A stretch of DNA of 39,173 nt from Alphaproteobacteria bacterium. GTDB taxonomy: Bacteria; Pseudomonadota; Alphaproteobacteria; UBA828. The notes under the pieces are model-generated. The model was not told the DNA's origin and ran no database searches. It was given only the letters and a program-made list of their open reading frames with translations. The position numbers were made by a program, and so were the translations under genes. Positions 1 through 7,048 of this stretch are shown here, piece after piece; position 1 is the first letter of the stretch; every line of letters starts with the position of its first letter. The stretch covers positions 1 to 39,173 of the forward strand of contig CBDCQT010000004.1 of NCBI GenBank assembly GCA_965220745.1, written 5' to 3'.

Positions 1-19
1 CTTCGGCCCGAATCCCGCC

Positions 20-28
20 TGCTATCAT
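20..28 (+). promoter_or_regulatory. Extended -10 (TGcTATCAT) 6 nt before ATG; likely leaderless promoter, repeated before each Uma2 copy
   Basis: TGCTATCAT-gcagcc-ATG in copies 1 and 3, TGTTATCAT in copy 2; no Shine-Dalgarno. Confidence 0.6.
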
Positions 29-34
29 GCAGCC

Positions 35-769
35 ATGGCCGCTCCGGGCACGCTTGTGGAAGCCCTCACCGAACCGGACGCAGGACAACCGGTGGAGTAC
101 CCGTACTCCGACGGCAAGGTCCTGATGGAGACGGACCCGCATGCGCGGTCGATCATTGACATGCGTTGTCAGCTGGACACGCATTTCCAGGCCCGGCAAG
201 ACGCCTATGTGGCAGGCAGCATGGCGCTGTACTACCGCCAAGGCGACCCCGCGGCCGTGGTAGTGCCGGACGTGTTCGTCGTGCTGGGCGCTTTGCACAA
301 GGAGGCGCGCAAGTCGTATCTGCTCTGGGAAGAGGGCGGCGTGGCACCGAGCTTCGTGGTGGAGGTGGCGTCGCAGTCCACGAGCCGTCGCGACGCGACA
401 AGCAAGCGCGCCACGTACGAGCGGATGGGGGTGCATGAATACTGGCGCTTCGACCCGCTGGGCGAGTTGATCGCGGGGCGGCTGGCGGGCTGGCGGCTGG
501 CCAGTGGTCGCTACGAGCGGGTGCGGGCTGTGCGAGCGGAAGGCTGGCACCGGAGCGAGGCACTGGGGCTGGAGTTGCGGGCGGAGCGGTGGCTGCTGCG
601 CTTCCATGATCCACGGCTGGGGCGGGACATGCCGACGCACGCAGAAGCGGTGCGGGAGCGGGATGAGGCGGTTCTGGCGCGCGACAGAGTGGTGCGGGAG
701 CGCGACGAGGCGAATCAACGGATCCGCGAATTGGAAGCGCGACTGCGGTTGTCCGACAAATCCGCATAG
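35..769 (+). CDS. Uma2 family (DUF820) PD-(D/E)xK endonuclease, copy 1, 244 aa
   Basis: YPYSDG..METDPH N-terminus, VPDVFVV, VVEVAS.ST...D...K...Y..MGV.EYWRFDP motifs, C-terminal coiled coil. Confidence 0.9.
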   Translation: MAAPGTLVEALTEPDAGQPVEYPYSDGKVLMETDPHARSIIDMRCQLDTHFQARQDAYVAGSMALYYRQGDPAAVVVPDVFVVLGALHKEARKSYLLWEEGGVAPSFVVEVASQSTSRRDATSKRATYERMGVHEYWRFDPLGELIAGRLAGWRLASGRYERVRAVRAEGWHRSEALGLELRAERWLLRFHDPRLGRDMPTHAEAVRERDEAVLARDRVVRERDEANQRIRELEARLRLSDKSA

Positions 770-821
770 GATACCAGCGTTCGGCGCGGTCTCCGGCCAA
801 CCGCCTAGCGACTGGACATAC

Positions 822-851
822 TTGACACAGGCACGGTGTTCTGTGTAGAAC
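822..851 (+). promoter_or_regulatory. Putative sigma70 promoter of the transposase gene
   Basis: TTGACA (822-827), 18 nt, TAGAAC (846-851) preceded by TGTG; overlapped by inverted repeat ACACAG/CTGTGT. Confidence 0.5.
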
Positions 852-858
852 GGGAGTA

Positions 859-1569
859 GTGCGGGTAGGGCTCCGCATCTTCCGTCCGAAGACGATCACT
901 TGGCTGCGCGAGGCCTTGCTGCAGGGCCAGCTGTCGCGGGCGGCCTTGGGGCGCGGGGTCTGCGAGCAGGACGACTGGCGCAATCCCAAGGGCGAGTATT
1001 GCACGGCCTCGGCGCGCAAGGCGCTGCCCGAGTTGGCCGCCCAGCTGGGCCTGCCGCTGCCGGCCGCCCAGCCGGGGCCGCCCGCCGGCGGCCCACGCTC
1101 CAGCGCGGACCCGTCATTGCCAGCGGCCAGCTTCCGCGGCTCGCTGCAGGAACTCGGCAAGGTGCGCGTGAGTCTGGCCAGTTCCGCCGAGCAGCGGCGG
1201 CAGTGCGCCGCCCTGCTCGACCAGCACCATCCGCTGGGCTCGGCCCGCGCTCCCGGCTGTCGGCTGAGCTATCTGCTCAGCGCCGCGTGCGGGCCGCTGG
1301 GCGTGCTCTCGTTCGTGGCGGCGCCGTTCCGGCTGGGGCCGCGCGATGCCTTCCTGCAGTGGGACGAGCGCACGCGCGGAGCGCACATCGAACGCGTCCT
1401 GAACAACGATCGCTTCCTGCTCGTGCCGGGCGTGCAGGTGCCGCACCTGGCCTCGCACGTGCTGGGCCGGGCCATCCGGGCGCTGGCCCGGGACTGGCAG
1501 CAGGCGCACGGGGTGTTGCCTTGGCTGGTGGAAACGTGCGTGGACAGCGCGCGCCCGGGCACGAGTTAA
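859..1569 (+). CDS. DUF4338 (PF14236, DruA-like) N-terminal portion
   Basis: SRAALGRGVCEQDDWRNPKG, HHPLG, RDAFLQW, NNDRFLLVP.V.VPHLASHVLG, DWQQAHG..PWLVETCVD motifs. Confidence 0.75.
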   Translation: MRVGLRIFRPKTITWLREALLQGQLSRAALGRGVCEQDDWRNPKGEYCTASARKALPELAAQLGLPLPAAQPGPPAGGPRSSADPSLPAASFRGSLQELGKVRVSLASSAEQRRQCAALLDQHHPLGSARAPGCRLSYLLSAACGPLGVLSFVAAPFRLGPRDAFLQWDERTRGAHIERVLNNDRFLLVPGVQVPHLASHVLGRAIRALARDWQQAHGVLPWLVETCVDSARPGTS

Positions 1570-1590
1570 AAGGCGGCCGGCTGGCAGTGC

Positions 1591-3162
1591 GTGGGACACA
1601 CACAGGGGCAGCCGCCGGGAGCGGGCGCGGCGGGCGCGGCGAAGGCGGTCTGGCTGCTCGGTTTGGAGCCGGACTGGCAGCCCAAGCTGAGCCAGCAGCC
1701 GCAGCGCAAGCTGGGCCAGTACCCGGAGCTGGTGCTGGAGGAGGAGGCCAACTGGGCGCGCAGGGAGTACCTGCGTTCGGACCTGCCGGACGGGCGCTTG
1801 CGACAGCGGCTGGAGCAGATGGGGCAGAGCTGGGAGCGGCACCCGGGCGAGGCTCTGCCGGCGATCTTTCCGCACGAGGCCGAACTGCGGGCGGCGACGC
1901 GCCTGCTGCACAATGGCAGGGTGAGCGACAAGGACATTCTGCAACCGCATCGGGAGGCCTTGCTGGAGCGGGTGCAGGAGGAGTCGACGGTGTTGCTGGT
2001 GCAGGACACCACGACGCTGAACTACACGCAGCTGAAGGATTGCACGAGCGGGTTGGGGCCGTTAAAGGACCGCGCCAGCAGTGCGCGCGGGCTGTTCGTG
2101 CACGCGGCGGTGGGATTCACCGCAGGCGGGCGTCCGCTGGGGGTGAGCGGTCTGGAGCAGTGGGCGCGGCCGTTGCAGGACCCGGGCCGGGAGGCGGAGC
2201 GCGAGAAGGAGAGCCAGCGCTGGTTCCGGGGGTTGGAGCAGGGCCAGGAACTGGGGCGCTGCAGTCCGCAGACGCGGGTGGTGGTGGTGGGCGACCGCGA
2301 GAGCGACATTTTCGGTTTGTTCGAGCAACAGGCGGAACGTCGGCAGGAGGCCGGGTTGCTGGTGCGGGTGCATTTGGGGCGGCAGCGCAAGGTACGGGCG
2401 TGGGACGCGGCGTTCGCGGCGGAGATGATCCGGCCGATCGAGGCGCAGCCGGACTTTGAAGAGGTGCTGGTGAGTGGCCGCAAGGTGGAGATCGACTCGC
2501 AAGGGGGGCAGCGGGCGCGGGAAAAGCGCACGGCCGTGACGGAGATCCGGATCGGGCGGGTGGAGTTGCTGCCGCCGCAGGGGCAGGCCGGGCAGGCGCA
2601 GCCGTTGCCAGTGTGGCTGGTGCGGGTGCTGGAGCCGGACCCGCCAGCCGGGGAAGATGGCTTGGAGTGGCTGCTGCTGTGCAGCGAGGGGGCGGCGACA
2701 GCACAGTGGGCCGAGCGGATCGTGGGCTGGTACGAGCGGCGCTGGGCGATCGAGGAGTATTTCCGGCTGCTCAAGAGCGGCACGCGCATTGAGGACCGGC
2801 GCTTGCGGGACGCGGAGGCGCTGGGCAAGTGCTTGGTGTTCGACGCGATCACGGCCTGGAGAGTGTTCAGCTTGGAGCGCTACGCGCGGGACGCGCCGGA
2901 CACGCCGGCTCAGGAGGTGCTCACGGCGGACGAGCTGGCCGTGATCGAGGCCGTGACGGAGGCGGAGCGCTTGCGACCGCCGCGGGAACGCGGCCAGCCG
3001 GTGGGAGCGGGCATTCGCAGCTGGGTGCTGCTGCTGGCGCGCATGCGGGGCTGGCGTCCGAAGAAACACCGGGAACTGCCGGGCAACGAAGTGCTGTGGC
3101 AGGCGTACCGGCAGCTGCAAACGATGGTGCGCTACCGGCAGACGCTGCGGGGGCCGCCGTAG
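1591..3162 (+). CDS. IS4/Tn5-type DDE transposase portion
   Basis: N-terminal WA..E...DLPDGRL..RL DNA-binding region, VQDTT, EKESQRW, VGDRESD, IS4 YREK signature Y-ER-R-WAI-E-EYFRLL-K, C-terminal LARMRGW...PG..VLW dimerisation motif; independent start doubtful. Confidence 0.85.
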   Translation: MGHTQGQPPGAGAAGAAKAVWLLGLEPDWQPKLSQQPQRKLGQYPELVLEEEANWARREYLRSDLPDGRLRQRLEQMGQSWERHPGEALPAIFPHEAELRAATRLLHNGRVSDKDILQPHREALLERVQEESTVLLVQDTTTLNYTQLKDCTSGLGPLKDRASSARGLFVHAAVGFTAGGRPLGVSGLEQWARPLQDPGREAEREKESQRWFRGLEQGQELGRCSPQTRVVVVGDRESDIFGLFEQQAERRQEAGLLVRVHLGRQRKVRAWDAAFAAEMIRPIEAQPDFEEVLVSGRKVEIDSQGGQRAREKRTAVTEIRIGRVELLPPQGQAGQAQPLPVWLVRVLEPDPPAGEDGLEWLLLCSEGAATAQWAERIVGWYERRWAIEEYFRLLKSGTRIEDRRLRDAEALGKCLVFDAITAWRVFSLERYARDAPDTPAQEVLTADELAVIEAVTEAERLRPPRERGQPVGAGIRSWVLLLARMRGWRPKKHRELPGNEVLWQAYRQLQTMVRYRQTLRGPP

Positions 3163-3750
3163 GGATCGTCAGCGGGAGTGCAGAACGCTCTCCTGGATGC
3201 ACTGTCGCGGGTCGGGAATCCTCTCGCCGGCCTTGCTGCGGGCCGCGTCGGGAACCGCTCCTTGGCGCAACTCGAAGCCTGTCCGATGGTCGCCGGTGAT
3301 CCGTGTTCCCATCCATTGCGTGACAGCCGCACGGGGCCCCTGCGCAACGCAATGACCGGCCCGGCAACGCTTGCCGGGTGCCCCAACCCGGTGCCGCCAG
3401 ATGCCTGCGTCTGCCGCACTGCGCCGGTCTGCCTCTTCTCGCTCTGCAGTATTCGGTATTCGGACGGTCCATCCGGCATCATCTAGACCGAATGTGAGCA
3501 GCAGCCCGCCAATGTCTCCAATCTCCCAGCATTAACAATGTCCGCTCGCTAGGCCAACCGCTGAGACAACACCGCGCAGGACTTGGTGGCCCAAATTGTG
3601 GCTACGCTTCCTAGGCAGACGGCGACCGGTTGCCGCCTTCTTTGGCGAAAGACGCTAGATCTCAGCCTCCTGCTCCGAGGGAAGCGGACCTGGCCACCAT
3701 GCCCGAACTGGCTGCGCTCCGGCCCCAATCCCGCCTGTTATCATGCAGCC

Positions 3751-4443
3751 ATGGCCGGTCCCGGCACGCTTGTGGAAGCCCTCACCGAACCGGACGCGGG
3801 ACAACCGGTGGAGTACCCCTACTCCGACGGCAAGGTCCTGATGGAGACCGACCCGCATGCGCGGTCGATCATCGAGATGCGTTGTCAGCTGGATACGCAT
3901 TTCAAGGCCCGGCAAGACGCCTATGTGGCCGGCAGCATGGCGCTGTACTACCGCCAAGGCGACCCCGCGGCCGTGGTGGTGCCGGACGTGTTCGTGGTGC
4001 TGGGCGCTTTGCACAAGCAGGCGCGCAAGTCGTATCTGCTCTGGGAGGAGGGCGGCGTGGTGCCGAGCTTCGTGGTGGAGGTGGCGTCGCGATCCACGAG
4101 CCGACGCGACGCGACCACCAAGCGCGCCACGTACGAGCGGATGGGGGTGCACGAATACTGGCGCTTCGACCCGCTGGGCGAGCTGATCGCGGGGCGGCTG
4201 GAGGGCTGGCGGCTGGCCGGTGGCCGCTACGAGCGGGTGCGGGCTGTGCGAGCGGCTGGCTGGCACCGCAGCGAGGCGCTGGGGCTGGAGTTGCGGGCCG
4301 AGCGGTGGCTGCTGCGCTTTCATGATCCACGGCAGGGGCGGGACCTGCCGACGCACGCAGAAGCGGTGCGGGAGCGGGATGAGGCGAATCAACGGATCCG
4401 CGCATTGGAAGCGCGACTGCGGTTGTCCGACAAGTCCGCATAG
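3751..4443 (+). CDS. Uma2 family endonuclease, copy 2, 230 aa
   Basis: Near-identical to copy 1; start set by homology rather than the ORF-track start at 3583. Confidence 0.9.
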   Translation: MAGPGTLVEALTEPDAGQPVEYPYSDGKVLMETDPHARSIIEMRCQLDTHFKARQDAYVAGSMALYYRQGDPAAVVVPDVFVVLGALHKQARKSYLLWEEGGVVPSFVVEVASRSTSRRDATTKRATYERMGVHEYWRFDPLGELIAGRLEGWRLAGGRYERVRAVRAAGWHRSEALGLELRAERWLLRFHDPRQGRDLPTHAEAVRERDEANQRIRALEARLRLSDKSA

Positions 4444-4667
4444 GATTCCAGCGTTCGGCGCGGTCTCCGGCCAACCGCTGAGACAACACCGCGCAGGACT
4501 CGGTGGCCCAAATTACGGCTACGCTTCCTAGGCAGACAGCGACCGGTTGCCGCGTTCTTTGGCGCAAGACGCTAGATCTCAGCCGCCTGCTCCGAGGGAA
4601 CCGGACCTGGCCAGCAGGCCCGAACTGGCTGCGCTCCGGCCCCAATCCCGCCTGCTATCATGCAGCC

Positions 4668-5381
4668 ATGGCCGGTCCCGGCACGCTTGTGGAAGCCTTC
4701 ACCGAACCGGACGCGGGACAACCGGTGGAGTACCCCTACTCCGACGGCAAGGTCCTGATGGAGACCGACCCGCATGCGCGGTCGATCATCGAGATGCGTT
4801 GTCAGCTGGATACGCATTTCAAGGCCCGGCGAGACGCCTATGTGGCCGGCAGCATGGCGCTGTACTACCGCCAAGGCGACCCCGCGACCGTGGTGGTGCC
4901 GGACGTGTTCGTGGTGCTGGGCGCTTTGCACAAGCAGGCGCGCAAGTCGTATCTGCTCTGGGAGGAGGGCGGCGTGGCACCGAGCTTCGTGGTGGAGGTG
5001 GCGTCGCCGTCCACGAGCCGACGCGACGCGACGGGCAAGCGCGCGATTTACGAGCGGATGGGGGTGCATGAATACTGGCGCTTCGACCCGCTGGGCGAGT
5101 TGATCGCGGGGCGGCTGGCGGGCTGGCGGCTGGCCGGTGGTCGCTACGAGCGGGTGCGGGCTGTGCGAGCGGAAGGCTGGCACCGGAGCGAGGCACTGGG
5201 GCTGGAGTTGCGGGCGGAGCGCTGGCTGCTGCGCTTCCATGATCCACGGCAGGGGCGGGACATGCTGACGCACTCGGAGCTCGGCGAGGCCCTCGAGGCA
5301 GCCGCGAGCGAGCGCGACGAAGCGAATCGACGGGTCCGCGAATTGGAAGCGCGACTGCGGTTGTCCGACAAGTCCGCTTAG
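4668..5381 (+). CDS. Uma2 family endonuclease, copy 3, 237 aa
   Basis: Near-identical to copies 1 and 2, with a different C-terminal heptad. Confidence 0.9.
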   Translation: MAGPGTLVEAFTEPDAGQPVEYPYSDGKVLMETDPHARSIIEMRCQLDTHFKARRDAYVAGSMALYYRQGDPATVVVPDVFVVLGALHKQARKSYLLWEEGGVAPSFVVEVASPSTSRRDATGKRAIYERMGVHEYWRFDPLGELIAGRLAGWRLAGGRYERVRAVRAEGWHRSEALGLELRAERWLLRFHDPRQGRDMLTHSELGEALEAAASERDEANRRVRELEARLRLSDKSA

Positions 5382-5406
5382 GATTCCAGCGTTCGGCGCG
5401 GTCTCC

Positions 5407-5555
5407 GGCCGACCCCGCACTCGATCTGCTTGGGTCGGCCTCAAGACTCTTACGACATCGGAGCTTAAACAGTGTCGCAGCGGCCATTGTCGTCGTGACC
5501 TCAGCAGGTTTGGATAAGCTGGAACCAGTCTCGGGCTTGAGGCCGAGCAGCGTGC
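5407..5555. other. Structured intergenic element with nested and alternative inverted repeats
   Basis: TCGGCCTCAAG (5435-5445) / CTTGAGGCCGA (5536-5546) perfect 11-bp IR; GGCCGACCC (5407-5415) / GGGTCGGCC (5432-5440). Confidence 0.45.
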
Positions 5556-5565
5556 CTACAGGATC

Positions 5566-6288
5566 ATGATCATTCCCTGTATCGACCTGATGGGTGGGAA
5601 GGTCGTCCAGCTTGTCCGGGGCCGCGAGAAGGCCCTTGAGGGCGAGTCCCCGGACGCCATGCTGGAGCGCTTTTCGGCGTTCCCAGTAATCCAAGTCATC
5701 GATCTGGACCAAGCCATCGGGCAGGGTTCAAACCTGCCCATCGTGCGGAGCATCGCTGGCCGAGCGCGCACCTGGGTGGGTGGCGGCGTCAGGACGCTGG
5801 AACGTGCCGAAGACTTGGTCCGCAGCGGCGCCGAGCGGGTCATCGTCGGCACAGCCGCCTTTTGTGACAACGGCCCGAACAGCGATTTCCTCGAAGCGCT
5901 AGCCCGAAACATCGGGCGCGAGCGACTGATCATTTCTCTGGATTCCATGAACGGTCGCATCGTGATCAAGGGCTGGCGCGAATCCACGGACCTGGCGGCT
6001 GAAGAGGTCATTTCCCGCTTTGAGCCGTACTGCGGCGCGTTCCTGTGCACCTACGTCGACAAAGAGGGCACGATGCAGGGCACTGACTTGGACTGGTACC
6101 GGCGGTTGCGGGCGGCAACAGACCACGAGATCACGGCCGCAGGAGGGATCGCCAGCATCTCGGAGATCCGCACACTTGTGGATATCGGCGTGCATGCAGC
6201 CTTGGGCATGGCGGTCTATACCGGACATCTCAAGCTTGAGAAACTGGCCGAGCTGCAGCGCCTCAGCACCAGCTCGGCAGCCGGTTGA
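5566..6288 (+). CDS. hisA: HisA-family phosphoribosylformimino-5-aminoimidazole carboxamide ribotide isomerase
   Basis: IIPCIDLMGGKVVQL, IDLD.A, VGGGVR, IVGTAA, T.VDKEGTMQG.D, AAGGI, LGMAVYTG. Confidence 0.88.
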   Translation: MIIPCIDLMGGKVVQLVRGREKALEGESPDAMLERFSAFPVIQVIDLDQAIGQGSNLPIVRSIAGRARTWVGGGVRTLERAEDLVRSGAERVIVGTAAFCDNGPNSDFLEALARNIGRERLIISLDSMNGRIVIKGWRESTDLAAEEVISRFEPYCGAFLCTYVDKEGTMQGTDLDWYRRLRAATDHEITAAGGIASISEIRTLVDIGVHAALGMAVYTGHLKLEKLAELQRLSTSSAAG

Positions 6289-6430
6289 TCCGGCCGCGCC
6301 GCGGCGAGTCGGAGAGCGCGGCGCAGCCCGCTCACTGTGTTCGTGCAATTGTCGTAACCTGAATTGCTACGGTTGCGCCTAAATGCTTGGAGCAAACAAC
6401 ACAGGCGCCGCTCGCAACGGCTGCCCCTGA

Positions 6431-7048
6431 ATGCTGGTTGAACCCGAGACAATCGAGAGGGCTCAGTCGGGCGACGACGAGGCTTTCGGCGAGATCATCC
6501 GAGCGTACAGGAAGCGAATTCTGGGTACGGTCTACAGGATGATCAGTCGCGGGGACGACGTCGAAGATGTCGGGCAGGAGGTATTCGTCCGACTCTACGA
6601 CTCGATCGGCCAGCTGAGGACGCCGCAGGTGTTCGAGCCGTGGCTCTACCGCCTGACCGTCAACGCCTGCTACGATTACCTGCGCCGCAAGCGCAGGGAG
6701 ATCGACGTCAGGATGGCGGACCTGAGCGAGGAGCAGATCGTCGCGATCGACGCTGCGTTGAGCGGACGGAGGGCGATCGACGACAGTCAAAAAGCGGGCG
6801 CCAAGGAGTTGCTGGAGGTGGTGCTTGGCCGGGTTTCGAAAGAAGACCGGCTCTTGCTCGTACTCAAGGAAATCGAGGGCCTGTCCCTCAAGGAGTTGAG
6901 CAGCGTGTACAAGGTCAACACCAACGTCCTCAAGGTGCGGCTCTTCCGTGCCCGCAAGCGCGCGCTGAAAGCGTACGGGAAGATTACCGAGGAAGCCAAC
7001 CAACGCTTGGCGCGACAGGAGGGAGACAGACATGAAGGCCAGTCATGA
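6431..7048 (+). CDS. ECF sigma-70 family RNA polymerase sigma factor
   Basis: GDDEAF, DVEDVGQEVF, F..WLYRLTVN..YDYLRR, EGLS.KEL....V..NVLKVRLFRARK. Confidence 0.92.
   Translation: MLVEPETIERAQSGDDEAFGEIIRAYRKRILGTVYRMISRGDDVEDVGQEVFVRLYDSIGQLRTPQVFEPWLYRLTVNACYDYLRRKRREIDVRMADLSEEQIVAIDAALSGRRAIDDSQKAGAKELLEVVLGRVSKEDRLLLVLKEIEGLSLKELSSVYKVNTNVLKVRLFRARKRALKAYGKITEEANQRLARQEGDRHEGQS

Larger units (their letters stand above)
859..3162 (+). pseudogene. DUF4338(DruA-like)-IS4 transposase fusion (767 codons) interrupted by an in-frame TAA at 1567-1569
   Basis: ORFs 859-1569 and 1591-3162 are in the same frame; the junction reads GTS*KAAGWQCVGHTQG, matching the DUF4338 GTxYxAAxW..G.T motif with Tyr replaced by stop. 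Confidence 0.8.
805..3552 (+). mobile_element. IS4 family (IS50/Tn5-like) insertion sequence, 2748 bp
   Basis: Left end CTAGCGACTGGACAT; right end reverse complement CTAGCGAGCGGACAT (13/15). 9-bp direct repeat GCCAACCGC at 796-804 and 3553-3561. Uninterrupted empty site visible in the next spacer (~4470-4478). Confidence 0.93.
1..5410 (+). repeat. Tandem array of ~0.92-0.96 kb units (spacer + Uma2 gene), 3 copies, first spacer interrupted by an IS; may continue upstream of the window
   Basis: Near-identical genes at 35, 3751 and 4668. ATG-to-ATG period is 917 bp for copies 2-3. Spacer 770-804+3562-3750 matches 4444-4667. Identity ends after GTCTCCGGCC at 5410. Bases 1-34 match the spacer 3' end. 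Confidence 0.95.

Noticed and set aside
859-1569. Druantia defence system
   Set aside because: The DUF4338 domain lies inside IS ends, in frame with a transposase; no DruE helicase or other dru genes are present.
1561-1575. Programmed -1 frameshift at TTAAAAG
   Set aside because: Both halves are already in the same frame, so a frameshift would not join them.
3132-3486. Small ORFs 3132-3482(-) and 3178-3486(+) as IS passenger genes
   Set aside because: No recognisable motifs and composition typical of spurious GC-rich ORFs; cannot be fully excluded.
770-4667. Integron attC sites or CRISPR repeats in the spacers
   Set aside because: No RYYYAAC...GTTRRRY bounded palindrome, no integrase or cas genes, and the repeat scale is wrong for CRISPR.
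3583-4667. N-terminal extensions of Uma2 copies 2 and 3 (ORF-track starts 3583 and 4503)
   Set aside because: They read through the spacer and a good -10 box; the extension looks non-globular and has no RBS.
1-5410. Diversity-generating retroelement (TR/VR) explanation of the near-identical copies
   Set aside because: Differences are not adenine-specific, many are synonymous, whole genes are repeated, and no reverse transcriptase is in the window.
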